Source: a virus | Taxonomy: Duplodnaviria; Caudoviricetes | Reading direction: 5' to 3' (one strand) | DNA: 64,000 bases | Virus record (IMG/VR): IMGVR_UViG_3300014205_000182 | Span: 64,001 to 128,000 of that record | Part shown: piece by piece, positions 8,855-19,039 of the stretch | Numbering within the stretch: position 1 is the first letter of the stretch | Layout: every line of letters begins with the position of its first letter | Program-made: the position numbers and the translations under genes | The notes under the pieces: generated by a model | Database searches by the model: none | Seen by the model: only the letters and a program-made list of their open reading frames with translations | What the model was told of the DNA's origin: nothing

Positions 8855-9456
8855 CAGATCTTGTGCCTTCCCTTGAACAGGTCAAAAGTACCCTTGTTGC
8901 TGATAATATTCTCCATGATCATCAGCAGCCGCTTCTTCTTCGAAGAAGTACGAAAAATCGGAGAGTGCTTGAGCACGATGTCAGGCATCGCCACTTGCTG
9001 TGAATGGTGTTCACCCTGAGTATCTTCATACCAGCGCTCAAAAACCGTCTCGATCAGGTCCAGCTGCTTGGACGTAAACCAGCGCTTGAGGTAAGCGACC
9101 TGGTTGTCACGTTCAGCACCAAAATTGAAATCCTTCAGCTTGAGCTTGTCTGCGTTGATCACAGCACCAGCAAACAAGCTACCGATACCACAAACCTGGC
9201 AAGAAGCCTGCGCTATGCAGTTACTCATATCCAGATTTTGGACACTATCGTCATACTCGTTATCAACCGAACGATTGAATTCAAAATAGGTACTGGTCGG
9301 AACAAAGCGCCCAACCTTCACCTGAGCAATGACGTCCTTTGCAATCGCGATGCGTTGCTGAGCACGTGTGAGCTTGCGGAACTTGGCGTTACGCCGCTTG
9401 AGAGCGGTTTGAATTGCTTCGAACCGTGGACCTGAGGTAACAATGTTTCTAGTCAT
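8854..9456 (-). CDS. unknown family, paralog 3 of 3
   Basis: QRIAIAKDVIAQ...CQVCGIGSLF. Confidence 0.85.
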   Translation of the reverse strand: MTRNIVTSGPRFEAIQTALKRRNAKFRKLTRAQQRIAIAKDVIAQVKVGRFVPTSTYFEFNRSVDNEYDDSVQNLDMSNCIAQASCQVCGIGSLFAGAVINADKLKLKDFNFGAERDNQVAYLKRWFTSKQLDLIETVFERWYEDTQGEHHSQQVAMPDIVLKHSPIFRTSSKKKRLLMIMENIISNKGTFDLFKGRHKI

Positions 9457-9474
9457 ACATCCTTTGTAGTCACT

Positions 9475-11517
9475 CTAGGGAACGAGCGCAAGGGCCGGCT
9501 TGCGATTAGCGTTGCGTTCGTCAACAATCTGAACATACTCAATCCAGTGAGCCGGCTCATTATGCCAGGTCTTCCAGAGATTCACGATGTTACCACCGCG
9601 AAGAAGAGGGTAGCTGTCCGTGATCAGTTTGTAGGCCATACCTGCCTCAGAATCCTTGTAGTAAACCTTGGCGCGGTCTGCCAGAAGCTCCGTCAGACCG
9701 TTAGTCTTGGCAGCGTTCTCACGGGTGATCATCTGGCAAATCGGGTGAGTGTCACCCAGAGCAGCAGCCAGAGCCTTCGCACCGTCACTCTCGTCGGCAT
9801 CAGGCCAGCTAAACCAGTCGCTATCCCCCTGGGGCTTGTGCCAGAAGTGATCCTGAATCTTCGCCAGGTTGTCTGGAGTAAGCAGCGAGGTGATAAACGT
9901 GTCACGCCAAGTGTAATACTCGACACCCTTCATTCCGGTAGCAGGCTTCTTCTCAGAAGTCTTGTACCCGTAAATCACGGGCATCGTCGTGCCAAACTCC
10001 TTGGCAAGCTTGCGATCTTCCAGGTACTCCTTGAAGAAAGAGTCACGCTCATGCGACGTGAACCCAGAGATCAGCAGATAAACGTCGGTGTCCTCGGGAA
10101 TCCGGTCAACCGTCGTCCAGTGATCCGACAGAGGCGAGGGAAAACTGTTCTTGGTTGCATCCAGAGTGAACATCCGAGCCTTGTGCTTCGGGTTCACGAC
10201 CTTCTTCTGCTTGACCGGACCAGCATTCCACGACAGGGTGCTCAGAAGGATAATCGTGGCACCCGTGAGCCCGGAATCCGTCAGAGCCTGCTCCAGCAGA
10301 GCCTGCGTGTCAGCAGGCGTCCTATTCTCACCACGAACAACGTAGTCATCCGGCGTGAGATAGTAGCCATCCAGCTTCTTGCCGGTGTCATCAATAATCA
10401 GACGGGTCTTCGACGTCACGGTAATGCGCGTCGTGACCGTGGAATTGTGGAGCAGAACGAACGTACCAGGAGCGTAGGTGACCTTGGCAGTCTGGAACGC
10501 AAGATCCTTGTACTCCTCAGGAAGTGGCAGGCCCATCGTAGCGAGAACCTGAACCTTGAGGCGCTTATCCCACTCCGAGACGCCAGGCTTTTCCAGGTCA
10601 ACCAGAGCCTTCATCACGTACTCATCGACGAGATCGTTGAACTTCTGAACCAGTGCAGCCTTCGTGGCCGACGAGTACTTAAGCTCCTCGCGAGAGGTGG
10701 AGATCTGAACGTCACCAATGTTGAAGAACAGCGAGCCAGAAAGCGTGCTCAGGCAGCGAGCAACCAGCGACTGATCCAGCTGTGCCAGGTTGACACGGTA
10801 CGGGACGCAGCCCATGATCGCGATCCACTCGGAGTTATCGTACTGACCCTTCTTGACAATTGCACCGTGGGTCAACACAGTCTGCTCTGCTGGTTCCGAC
10901 GGAAGCGAAATGTTGATCTCGGGGCGAGGTGAGAAGTGGCGGTAGAGATCGCGAGCCTTCCGCTCGAAATCATAGAGATCTTCCGAGCGAACCGCGATGA
11001 TAATCTCGACGCCAGTCTCGCTAGGATCGCAAGGAGTCTCAGCGAGCAGGGCAAACTGACCCTTCTCAGACTCGTCCATGAAAGCGTTATAGGTACGCTT
11101 CCACCCGCCGTGCCAAGAAATCACAGTGAACGTGTCGGAGTAGGCAAAGCCAGACTTCGAACCGATCCCGAGCATGCCAACCGCATCGTTGGTATCACGC
11201 TTCGTAGAATTGCCGTAGGCACAGAAGATATTGAACGCATCCTCATGCGAGAGGCCGGGACCGTAGTCCCGAATGCGCAGCGTCGAGTCGTACCGCGTTG
11301 GGATCGTCACCTTGATCGGAACGTCGCCCTTGCCAACCATCTTGTGGGCGTCCCACGCGTTGGCAGAGTACTCACGGAGGACGGCAAGCACCTTATCGGT
11401 GTAGATACCGTCGCGAAGCATACCCATGATGGCAGCTTCATTGGCCTTGGAGATGTGGAAAGAGGTGGAGTCGAGGTTGCTGCTCAGCGTCGAGCGCGTT
11501 TCAATGGTCGGCTTCAT
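9475..11517 (-). CDS. rIIA: RIIA-like protein (GHKL ATPase N-terminus)
   Basis: LREYSANAWDAH, IRDYGPGL, GMLGIGSKS, SREELKY. Confidence 0.9.
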   Translation of the reverse strand: MKPTIETRSTLSSNLDSTSFHISKANEAAIMGMLRDGIYTDKVLAVLREYSANAWDAHKMVGKGDVPIKVTIPTRYDSTLRIRDYGPGLSHEDAFNIFCAYGNSTKRDTNDAVGMLGIGSKSGFAYSDTFTVISWHGGWKRTYNAFMDESEKGQFALLAETPCDPSETGVEIIIAVRSEDLYDFERKARDLYRHFSPRPEINISLPSEPAEQTVLTHGAIVKKGQYDNSEWIAIMGCVPYRVNLAQLDQSLVARCLSTLSGSLFFNIGDVQISTSREELKYSSATKAALVQKFNDLVDEYVMKALVDLEKPGVSEWDKRLKVQVLATMGLPLPEEYKDLAFQTAKVTYAPGTFVLLHNSTVTTRITVTSKTRLIIDDTGKKLDGYYLTPDDYVVRGENRTPADTQALLEQALTDSGLTGATIILLSTLSWNAGPVKQKKVVNPKHKARMFTLDATKNSFPSPLSDHWTTVDRIPEDTDVYLLISGFTSHERDSFFKEYLEDRKLAKEFGTTMPVIYGYKTSEKKPATGMKGVEYYTWRDTFITSLLTPDNLAKIQDHFWHKPQGDSDWFSWPDADESDGAKALAAALGDTHPICQMITRENAAKTNGLTELLADRAKVYYKDSEAGMAYKLITDSYPLLRGGNIVNLWKTWHNEPAHWIEYVQIVDERNANRKPALALVP

Positions 11518-11523
11518 GACATC

Positions 11524-11552
11524 ACCATAAGCATGTAGGGGAAGGTCGTCAA
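11524..11552 (-). promoter_or_regulatory. sigma70-type promoter, leaderless rIIA
   Basis: TTGACG-17nt-TATGGT-6nt-ATG(11517). Confidence 0.75.
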
Positions 11553-11555
11553 GGG

Positions 11556-11915
11556 CTAGCGAGGGCCGAGGTAGTCAATGTGTCCGTTGAATCGATTCAC
11601 ACGGGCGATACCCCCACGAGGATTGACGATCGTGAAGAACTTGCCACCCTCGCGAAGTTTCACTAACATCTGGTACTTCCATTCAGCTTTGTCACGAATG
11701 CGCTGGTCTTGAGACCGCCATTTACCACGATGGTGTGTGCGCTTAGCATCTACGTATGCAAGAACCAGAGCATTCGGCCCGTCTTGTGCTTCGAAGATCC
11801 CAGCCAGAAGGTCTAGTTTTCCATGCTCTGCTTTCTTTTGCCAAACAGTAAGCCCGCAACGAAACCTAGATCGACTTGGGCGATTATCGTCGTTATGATG
11901 TCTAGTACGACTCAT
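11556..11915 (-). CDS. basic hypothetical protein
   Basis: 119-aa ORF. Confidence 0.6.
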   Translation of the reverse strand: MSRTRHHNDDNRPSRSRFRCGLTVWQKKAEHGKLDLLAGIFEAQDGPNALVLAYVDAKRTHHRGKWRSQDQRIRDKAEWKYQMLVKLREGGKFFTIVNPRGGIARVNRFNGHIDYLGPR

Positions 11916-11917
11916 CG

Positions 11918-12000
11918 CGCTCGGGGAAGGGCTCGCACCTTCCAGTATGTCTCACCGTTACCGGACATGAGACGGCCGGGCGTTACTCCCCGGACCAAGC
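11918..12000 (-). ncRNA. tRNA-like cloverleaf with non-standard anticodon arm
   Basis: GCTTGG/CCGAGC, CCGGG/CCCGG, GTCTCA/TGAGAC around a 13-nt insert, GGAAGG-TGCGAGC-CCTTCC; no encoded CCA. Confidence 0.65.
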
Positions 12001-12005
12001 AAGAA

Positions 12006-12257
12006 TTAGTACATGAACTTTTTGAGTTCTTCGCAGAGCTTGTAGCCAATGAGTTGCGGTAGTGTAGCAACACCAACTTTCTCGTCGTAGGAACGGTGAG
12101 GATGATCGATTTCCTCCATCAGATCACCATTATCGGCCACCCACTGGTCGTGCCCCAGACCGGCCTTGGCACGGATAATGTCAATAGCGGCTTTGATGAT
12201 ATCAGAGTCACGAACCTCGATGTTCACGATCTGTGACTGTGTACCGTTGATCTTCAT
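12006..12257 (-). CDS. hypothetical protein
   Basis: coupled ORF. Confidence 0.65.
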   Translation of the reverse strand: MKINGTQSQIVNIEVRDSDIIKAAIDIIRAKAGLGHDQWVADNGDLMEEIDHPHRSYDEKVGVATLPQLIGYKLCEELKKFMY

Positions 12258-12478
12258 TTCTTCTCCGCTCGATACTTCTCGACATCAGAATACCCCTGCG
12301 CCTTAGCCACTTCTTCATCCTTCGGAGCCGTGAGTACCTTGGCCCTGAATTCAGAACCATAAGCGTAAGGCAGAAGATTGCCCAGACGGTCATGAACATT
12401 CTCAGGCGTGATATCAAAACCGTCCTCGACCCAGGTCTCGGCGACTTCGATTTGAATGGTCCACTTGTAGAACTTCAT
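12254..12478 (-). CDS. hypothetical protein
   Basis: coupled ORF. Confidence 0.65.
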   Translation of the reverse strand: MKFYKWTIQIEVAETWVEDGFDITPENVHDRLGNLLPYAYGSEFRAKVLTAPKDEEVAKAQGYSDVEKYRAEKK

Positions 12479-12825
12479 TCGTCCACCGTCATAGCCATGC
12501 GATAGGCGTGCCCGACATCTTCCATGTCGGTACCACCACTATAGATTACCCACGGCTCTTCCGGGAAATCGTTACCACGAGCCATACGGACGCTGTGGTA
12601 CACGTCTTTGTGTGTGTCTGTCTCCAACCATGCCGCCCCCATGGCGCAACACGAGTCGGCGCCATCAGGACCGGTGTCTATCCCGCCACATGGCTCACCC
12701 TTCTTAAGGTAGGCTGCTCTCTCGGCGAACTTCATGTTGTAGGCGTGAGCATTCTGGATTAGCTTAGCCAAAAGAAGCTCCTTGGCGTCTGTGCTCTTGG
12801 CGGGGCCGAATGTCTTTTGCTTCAT
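12475..12825 (-). CDS. hypothetical protein
   Basis: SCCAMGA motif; coupled ORF. Confidence 0.65.
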   Translation of the reverse strand: MKQKTFGPAKSTDAKELLLAKLIQNAHAYNMKFAERAAYLKKGEPCGGIDTGPDGADSCCAMGAAWLETDTHKDVYHSVRMARGNDFPEEPWVIYSGGTDMEDVGHAYRMAMTVDE

Positions 12826-13880
12826 TTGTTCCTCAGAGAGTAAATCAGTTGCTGAATTCGTCGTTTAGTTACGTGATGACCGATTCGCTTGCACTCTGGT
12901 CCAACGTAGATAGCTCCGTCAAGTAGCTTGCAGCGGCAAGGGTCACCGTGCTGTATCACCACCTTGCGTCCGTCTGGATCCATACTAACCATCGAGAGGG
13001 AAGGCGTCAAGTCCACAGGCCAGAAGAAACGACGCCCTTTCGCCTGGCACAATCACTTCATCAGCAATTGCTAGAGCAGTAGCGCGAATTCCTGCCTGGT
13101 ACTCAAGCTCGAAATTACACTGCCGTGCGCGGTTTACTGCATTAGAAATCACGAGGTGCTTGCGAGAGAGAGGGGTGCGAGGGGGCCTCACTTCTTTCTC
13201 CCCTTACGTTCCGATTCTCGCCGCTCTGTCTGAATAACTTCGCCCATTGCCATCAGGAGTTGGCCAAAGTAAAGCACCATTTGCTGCTGCTGATCGCGAC
13301 TAATCAGGTAGTTGTCATTGACGTCACGGACGAGTGCTGTTAGCTCTCGCTGGAGATGGTCCGCGTAGCGTTTCACGTCGTCCTGACGGATTTCTCGCTC
13401 CGTCCATGCACGCGGTTTATCAGCCACGGTAGCCCTCCCAGAGCACCTTGCCGCAGCGCTCGCAGATTCCACAGGTCATTTTTTGACGTTCTTTGTGACC
13501 AAACAGCTTGCAAATGAGGTCATAGATCTTCATCGTACCACCCGAGCTTTCGGAAAAACGTAGCGAAGCTTAGCCCACTCTTCGCGGAAGTGTTTACACC
13601 ACTGAGCCCACGAAGCGTACTTCAGACCGTTCAGGTCCAGGTACACGATAAAAGCGATACATGAAGGTACCAGGAAGAAATAGACTACACTGAACCAGAA
13701 AGCGTAAGTCATGCAAACCTCACATCCCTTGAAACCTGGTCCACGTTAGCAGGCCTAGTGTGATCGTGAACAAAGTAAAAGTAGTAATGCCCCAGTGGAG
13801 ACTTCTTCATCGTTGAGGTGTAAGACAACCTTGGCCAACCGCCCCTGTAAAAGTGCTTAGCGTACGGGTCTTCGGGCCAC

Positions 13881-14213
13881 TTACTCACGCTCGTACTCCT
13901 GCGAATCGTCCCAAGCATCAGCAGCCTTGTCAGCCGCCATTTCTGCTGCGTACTCCTCGACATCCTTGGGACAGTCACCAGTGCCGAACCAGTAGCCCTC
14001 AGGGATCCCACAGCCGGGATCCTTACCCTCATACTCGCAGGAGACTACAGAGTCAACCGGAATACCACCGTCACGGAAGTGCCAGGTAACGACGTACTCG
14101 TCGTCACCAAGGTCGATGCACTCGTCGATTTCGATGTTCTTGCTTCGCATAGAGCTAATGTAAGCACGAGGAGAACCGTTTGTCAGGTATCGGTGGGGTA
14201 GCCAAACCCCCAA
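13881..14213 (-). CDS. acidic hypothetical protein (start uncertain)
   Basis: ORF; DPGCGI motif. Confidence 0.55.
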   Translation of the reverse strand: MGVWLPHRYLTNGSPRAYISSMRSKNIEIDECIDLGDDEYVVTWHFRDGGIPVDSVVSCEYEGKDPGCGIPEGYWFGTGDCPKDVEEYAAEMAADKAADAWDDSQEYERE

Positions 14214-14488
14214 ATCATTCTTGCAGCCACATCGCGCAAGAACTGGTCATCTTCACAACGAAGTTCCCAATCGGAACCTGGGCCGGTACTAGTGCCTGGC
14301 AAATCCTGAGCCAGCAACGGCAGATCTTCCTTGATCGAAGCTAGTGACGCGTGAACGTCAATTTGGATCATACCCTGACTATTGCGAATCTCGTACCAGT
14401 AGTTCTGTTTACGTCGGTTGAAATCCCAGTCTACTTCGTAACCGAGGCTACGGAAGTAGTCGACGACTTCACTTTTTGCAGGAATCAT
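14183..14488 (-). CDS. hypothetical protein
   Basis: ORF directly after a promoter. Confidence 0.65.
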   Translation of the reverse strand: MIPAKSEVVDYFRSLGYEVDWDFNRRKQNYWYEIRNSQGMIQIDVHASLASIKEDLPLLAQDLPGTSTGPGSDWELRCEDDQFLRDVAARMIWGFGYPTDT

Positions 14489-14494
14489 GAGAGC

Positions 14495-14556
14495 AATGTA
14501 AGCATCGCGAAGGCTGGCGTCAACCCCTTGACATACGAGCCGATGGTGTTTAGGCT
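14495..14556. promoter_or_regulatory. back-to-back divergent promoters, both leaderless geometry
   Basis: minus TTGACG-17-TACATT-6-ATG(14488); plus TTGACA-17-TAGGCT-6-GTG(14563). Confidence 0.8.
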
Positions 14557-14562
14557 GGTAGG

Positions 14563-14844
14563 GTGAAGAACGATCTCGCTAGTATGTTCAGCAGTCTCAG
14601 AAACAGACTTTCCGAGGAGTTGAGCACCGCTCACGACTTGTGGACCTGGCTCCCATCCTACAAGGTGGCGCAGAAGAATCACGGTGACTACGCTAGTGAG
14701 TATTGTCCGTGTGTCAAGGACGTGATGGTGGAGGCTGCGATGTTCATCGCTGTGTTGAAAGCAGAACCTCTGCGGGACTACACCCTTGATGAAAAAGACT
14801 GGTTCAACCGTTGCCCTTGTGGCGAGGAGCATGTTGATGAGTAA
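14563..14844 (+). CDS. hypothetical protein
   Basis: CPCGEEH terminus. Confidence 0.65.
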   Translation: MKNDLASMFSSLRNRLSEELSTAHDLWTWLPSYKVAQKNHGDYASEYCPCVKDVMVEAAMFIAVLKAEPLRDYTLDEKDWFNRCPCGEEHVDE

Positions 14845-15223
14845 CTGGCTTGAAACTGAAGCCGAATCCGAGATCAAGCACGGAGACGATGACTCCCAGG
14901 AGATCACCTATCAGGGGATGCTCCTGAAGGCTGGCGCAATCGAGTACGGAGACACTGTGCAGGGGCAGGAAGAACTCGCTGCCAAGCTGGCGATTCTCAA
15001 GATCCAGGAAGAGGAGAACGCCAAAAAGGCAGCCCTCAAGGCCCAAGAAGAGGAACGCCTGAAGACTCAGATGGTTCCTATCATCTGTTCCTGTGGCTCC
15101 ATGAAGTGCTACGCAATTCGCTGGTACGGACTCCCTAAGCCTGTGTATCAGGAGCACATCAAGCCTCTACCTATGATGCTGAAGGATCCGACGGCTGCTC
15201 GGATGAAGGCGAGTTATGGATAA
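14837..15223 (+). CDS. hypothetical protein
   Basis: coiled-coil-like segment plus CSCG. Confidence 0.6.
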   Translation: MSNWLETEAESEIKHGDDDSQEITYQGMLLKAGAIEYGDTVQGQEELAAKLAILKIQEEENAKKAALKAQEEERLKTQMVPIICSCGSMKCYAIRWYGLPKPVYQEHIKPLPMMLKDPTAARMKASYG

Positions 15224-15681
15224 TGTCTATCATCACGGCACGTTTCGACTCAATTTGTTCGATTTGTAGAAAGCTTATCTCCAAAGGAGATCAGGTAGAG
15301 TGGTCTCCAGGTTCGTATGCCAAGCATGTGGCCTGTGTGGCACAGGTTGTGAAGACCGGTCCGCCGCTTACACCACCACAGGCAGTGAATATCGACGATC
15401 TTTTCTCAACCCCTATGACTGAATTTAGGGTAGGCAGCTTAAAGCTAGACGAGTGGCCAACAAATGGCGCACCAGATACCCGCACCGACTACTCTATCGA
15501 AGGCGTTGCTAAGGCGCAAGTCAGGCGAGCGCAAGAAGCGTTCATGACAGCGATGTACCTACGATTTATTGAGCTAACCAAAAAGATCGTACTCCTATGG
15601 GCAGAGAATTTGTCGGACACAGAACTTCGCGTCGTAATGCTAGAGTTGCGCGAGGTCCCATTACCCGTAATCCGAAGCTAG
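15223..15681 (+). CDS. hypothetical protein with N-terminal Zn ribbon
   Basis: CSIC...HVAC. Confidence 0.6.
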   Translation: MSIITARFDSICSICRKLISKGDQVEWSPGSYAKHVACVAQVVKTGPPLTPPQAVNIDDLFSTPMTEFRVGSLKLDEWPTNGAPDTRTDYSIEGVAKAQVRRAQEAFMTAMYLRFIELTKKIVLLWAENLSDTELRVVMLELREVPLPVIRS

Positions 15682-16041
15682 CTACAGCTTGTAGCCGACG
15701 ATTTGCTTGATACGCAAACGTGTATCGCACGCGGCCAAGTCCGTACAGCGGCCACGATTACCAATCTTGGTGGGTTTTACACCAGAACCCCAATTGCCGC
15801 ACATCCAGCACTCAAGTGTCTTGGGTACCCACTCGCGGGGTTTATCGCCCATGAGCAGCATTCCAGGCGTTCATGTGAGATTGCCAGATCCGCCCAGCCG
15901 CGCCTGTTAGAGACTTCTCAGGCCATGGTAGATCTTCTAGCGAGTAGTCGAGCGCTTTTTGAGTGCGCAGGATGCGATCCTCCGCTTCAAAAAGCAGTAT
16001 TTCCGCTTCGGCTAGTGGGAACCGCTTTGCTTGTTCGCCGG

Positions 16042-16689
16042 TCATGCCGCCTCATCGGGGATGTAGAGGTTTGTGGCGTTGTCCTTGTGGAGACTTACGT
16101 CTGGTGGGAAGGTGTAGCGATCCTCCAAATAATCCCCCGTCATGGGGTCTTTGTCGCGCCACTTGTCCAAGCTAAAGGTGTAGGTGATATAGTGTAGGCC
16201 CTTCTTACTAGGAACGGTAGCAACGAGGTGTGGCTGCTTGCTACGAGCGTCTGGCGTGGCCAGCCACTTTCCAAACGCCTCCGATTCACTTGAAATTCTA
16301 TCGACGTCAAACATCCAAAGCTTCTTGTTGGGCGTGACGATGCCGCAGGCTCGGGTATAAAGTGACTTCATGCCGGCAAAATTCCCAGTCAACGAAGCGT
16401 CCACCACCAGGCGCGTGAACTCGGCGCCCACCTTCTTGAAGCTACGCGTCGAAAGTCGAGTGTATGCTCGGACCTTCAGTGCATCACAAAGCGCCACCAT
16501 TTGCGGCATGTGGCGGTCAAAGTCTGCAAGTGACCGGTGATAGAAAGTCTTCACAATCCGCACTCCGTTGTTCCCGACGCGCTTTGTGCGGTCAAGAAGC
16601 TCGGTGTACAGAAAGTGATCTCCGTTAGAATCCAGGCCTAGCTCCTCGCCAGGAAGAAAGCGTTTTACGAGGTCGTAGTTGTTAATCAC
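16042..16689 (-). CDS. archaeo-eukaryotic primase (AEP)-like protein
   Basis: FDVD, SKKGLH, HKD match AEP motifs I-III in order. Confidence 0.5.
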   Translation of the reverse strand: MINNYDLVKRFLPGEELGLDSNGDHFLYTELLDRTKRVGNNGVRIVKTFYHRSLADFDRHMPQMVALCDALKVRAYTRLSTRSFKKVGAEFTRLVVDASLTGNFAGMKSLYTRACGIVTPNKKLWMFDVDRISSESEAFGKWLATPDARSKQPHLVATVPSKKGLHYITYTFSLDKWRDKDPMTGDYLEDRYTFPPDVSLHKDNATNLYIPDEAA

Positions 16690-16695
16690 CCTCTC

Positions 16696-16777
16696 AAGCT
16701 AAGCACCGGGCAGCGAAAGTCAAGTGTAACCTCGCGCAGCGAGAAGGCTTGACACGGGCACTGGGAGTGATTACTGT
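16696..16777. promoter_or_regulatory. divergent promoters, leaderless geometry
   Basis: minus TTGACT-16-TAGCTT-6-GTG(16689); plus TTGACA-17-TACTGT-7-ATG(16785). Confidence 0.75.
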
Positions 16778-16784
16778 TGGAAAC

Positions 16785-17144
16785 ATGGACTACTCAAAAA
16801 CTATAAAGCATATGGAAGACGAGATGTCGAAGGGTATCTTCGAAACACTCACCAGCCAGTCAAAGATTCCGTATCCAGGGAAACTGTCACCCCACCAAAA
16901 GGAATGCCCTGTTGGTCGAGTAGGAGACGGCTCTGCCACCAAAGCAATTCTGGCTAAGTATCTAGACAACATGCGCGAAGCTGTGAACCCGGACGGAAGT
17001 CCTCGCCGTTGGAAACTTACCGGCCAGGAGAAGCTGATTGCTCGCGACGCTTGGGCCAGGCAGCTTGCTGCTCTTCAGACCGAGCAAAAGGCTAAGGATG
17101 CCAGTCGTGAAGTGACCGTGGTTACACAGAGTGAGGATGACTGA
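16785..17144 (+). CDS. hypothetical protein
   Basis: ORF after promoter. Confidence 0.6.
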   Translation: MDYSKTIKHMEDEMSKGIFETLTSQSKIPYPGKLSPHQKECPVGRVGDGSATKAILAKYLDNMREAVNPDGSPRRWKLTGQEKLIARDAWARQLAALQTEQKAKDASREVTVVTQSEDD

Positions 17145-17695
17145 TGACGGTATTTTTCACCTCAGATACTCACTACGGCCACGCTAACATCATCAAGTTT
17201 AGCGAACGTCCCTTCTCTTCTGTTGAAGAGATGGACGAGGCAATGATCACAAACTGGAATGCTGTTGTCAAGCCCGGGGATCTCGTCTACCACCTCGGCG
17301 ACTTCTCGTTCGCTAACCGAGACCGAACCATCAAGATCGCTAAGCGTCTTGCAGGACAGAAGTTTCTGGTCTACGGTAATCACGACAAGGCAATGCGTCG
17401 TGACCGTGAGTTCAACGAGCAGTGGCAGTGGACCCGAGATCTCACGCAGATCGAGGTCGAGGGCCAGAAGATCACGCTCTGCCACTTCGCTATGTTGACT
17501 TGGAATCAAAGCCATCGCGGAGCGTGGAATCTCCACGGGCACTCCCACGGCAATCTCACGGACGACCCTAACGCGCTACGAATTGACGTAGGGGTCGACT
17601 GCTTCAACTACGCACCAGTTTCGTTCGAAGAAGTTCAAGCCATTATGGCCAAGAAGACGTTCAAACCAATCGACCACCACGGAGACAGGAGCTAG
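17144..17695 (+). CDS. calcineurin-like metallophosphoesterase
   Basis: DTHYGH, LGD, GNHD, HGHSH, DVGVD. Confidence 0.9.
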   Translation: MTVFFTSDTHYGHANIIKFSERPFSSVEEMDEAMITNWNAVVKPGDLVYHLGDFSFANRDRTIKIAKRLAGQKFLVYGNHDKAMRRDREFNEQWQWTRDLTQIEVEGQKITLCHFAMLTWNQSHRGAWNLHGHSHGNLTDDPNALRIDVGVDCFNYAPVSFEEVQAIMAKKTFKPIDHHGDRS

Positions 17696-17881
17696 TATGC
17701 AGGTTATTTTCGATATTCAGCGCACAGGCCGTCGTTATATGTCCGATGCAGACCTTCAGCAGGAGTGTCTGTTTCTCGGACTTGAACCTACCGCTACCAC
17801 AGCAGAGATCGCCGCCGAGCTTCACCGACGCGGGCTGGATGATTTCTCGGCAGGTAGAGCGATGAAGATGGGGCCGAAGGC

Positions 17882-18190
17882 GTGACTAAGCCGATCACCC
17901 CAGCCGAAGTTGTTACTGCCAAAGCAGCAGCACTCCCAGACGGGGTGCTAGAGACTTTCAACGACTTAATCGCCAAGAAGTGGAACGGGTACTCAGCCAC
18001 TTTGAAGATTGGTGAAGTCTGTAAAGCTTTGCGATTGAAGATGAATCTAACCGAAGGTGTTGACGCGTTGCCTGGAGAGTGGCTAGACATCGAACCCGTC
18101 TACCGAAAAGCTGGCTGGTACTGTGAATTCGATAAGCCCGGGTATAACGAAACCTACGAAGGTTATTACACCTTCAAGAAGAAGCCATGA
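17882..18190 (+). CDS. hypothetical protein
   Basis: YRKAGW...DKPGYNE; coupled ORF. Confidence 0.7.
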   Translation: MTKPITPAEVVTAKAAALPDGVLETFNDLIAKKWNGYSATLKIGEVCKALRLKMNLTEGVDALPGEWLDIEPVYRKAGWYCEFDKPGYNETYEGYYTFKKKP

Positions 18191-19026
18191 AGCCACCAGA
18201 CGAACGTTTCCTAAACACTTTCGCCGTTTGTGTCCCCTGCCATAACCATCACAACCTGTGGGTAAAGTGGCACGACGAGTACGGTGTGCCGTGGGAACAG
18301 GACTCACTCGGTATGTGGCAGGAGATCGGCAAGGTTGACAACCGTCCTGTTGTTGTCTCCGTTAACTGGGCTGATATCGCGGGACGACGAGTAGCGTTTG
18401 TCGAGCCAACTAGCCAGCTGGTTGACTACGTGATGGTCGATAAGTGGGCCAAAGAAGTGTTCCCGAACGCTATCGAGTTCGTGGACGATAACAACTTCCA
18501 CAACATCATCCATCCGATTGCTGCGGCGATTGGTGTCAAGTCGATCATGGCACGGAAGCCAGAGATGAATCTTTACGCAAAGTACGCTCCTAAGGACCCC
18601 GATTTCATGAAGAATCTGGTAGGTGCGAACACGAGAACCCCGGCCTCGCGTGTCGGTCAACTGTTCAAGCGAATCACGTATCGTGACCTGCCGAAGCAAA
18701 ACCACGGGTGGAACAAGAAGCTAAGCAGCATGGACTGGTCTGAGGTATGCCTCGACGGCTACCCCGGCTGGCAAATCGAGATGGCTGATGGTCAGAAGGC
18801 GCCCGCCTTTGTGAAGCTGACACACGTCCGAGGCAAAGGTACCGTGGAGTCTAACGATCTCGCTACTAAGTGGGACGATATCGCCAGCGAGACGTTCTAC
18901 CAGCGCGACTGGACCGACGATGGTATCCCGTTCGTTCATGAGCACGAGGTTTACTGGTCGGGCTGGTGGTTCAAGACGATTGCTGAGCGAGATCGCTTTG
19001 TGGCTTGGCAAGCCGAGCAGAAGTGA
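18187..19026 (+). CDS. hypothetical protein
   Basis: 279-aa coupled ORF. Confidence 0.65.
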   Translation: MKPPDERFLNTFAVCVPCHNHHNLWVKWHDEYGVPWEQDSLGMWQEIGKVDNRPVVVSVNWADIAGRRVAFVEPTSQLVDYVMVDKWAKEVFPNAIEFVDDNNFHNIIHPIAAAIGVKSIMARKPEMNLYAKYAPKDPDFMKNLVGANTRTPASRVGQLFKRITYRDLPKQNHGWNKKLSSMDWSEVCLDGYPGWQIEMADGQKAPAFVKLTHVRGKGTVESNDLATKWDDIASETFYQRDWTDDGIPFVHEHEVYWSGWWFKTIAERDRFVAWQAEQK

Positions 19027-19039
19027 TTACCTTTGAGCT

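Noticed and set aside
7239-10932. Long plus-strand ORFs 7239..8306 and 9547..10932 (likewise 34799..35659 and 38294..39352 on minus)
   Set aside because: Antisense shadows of well-supported genes, with no recognisable motifs
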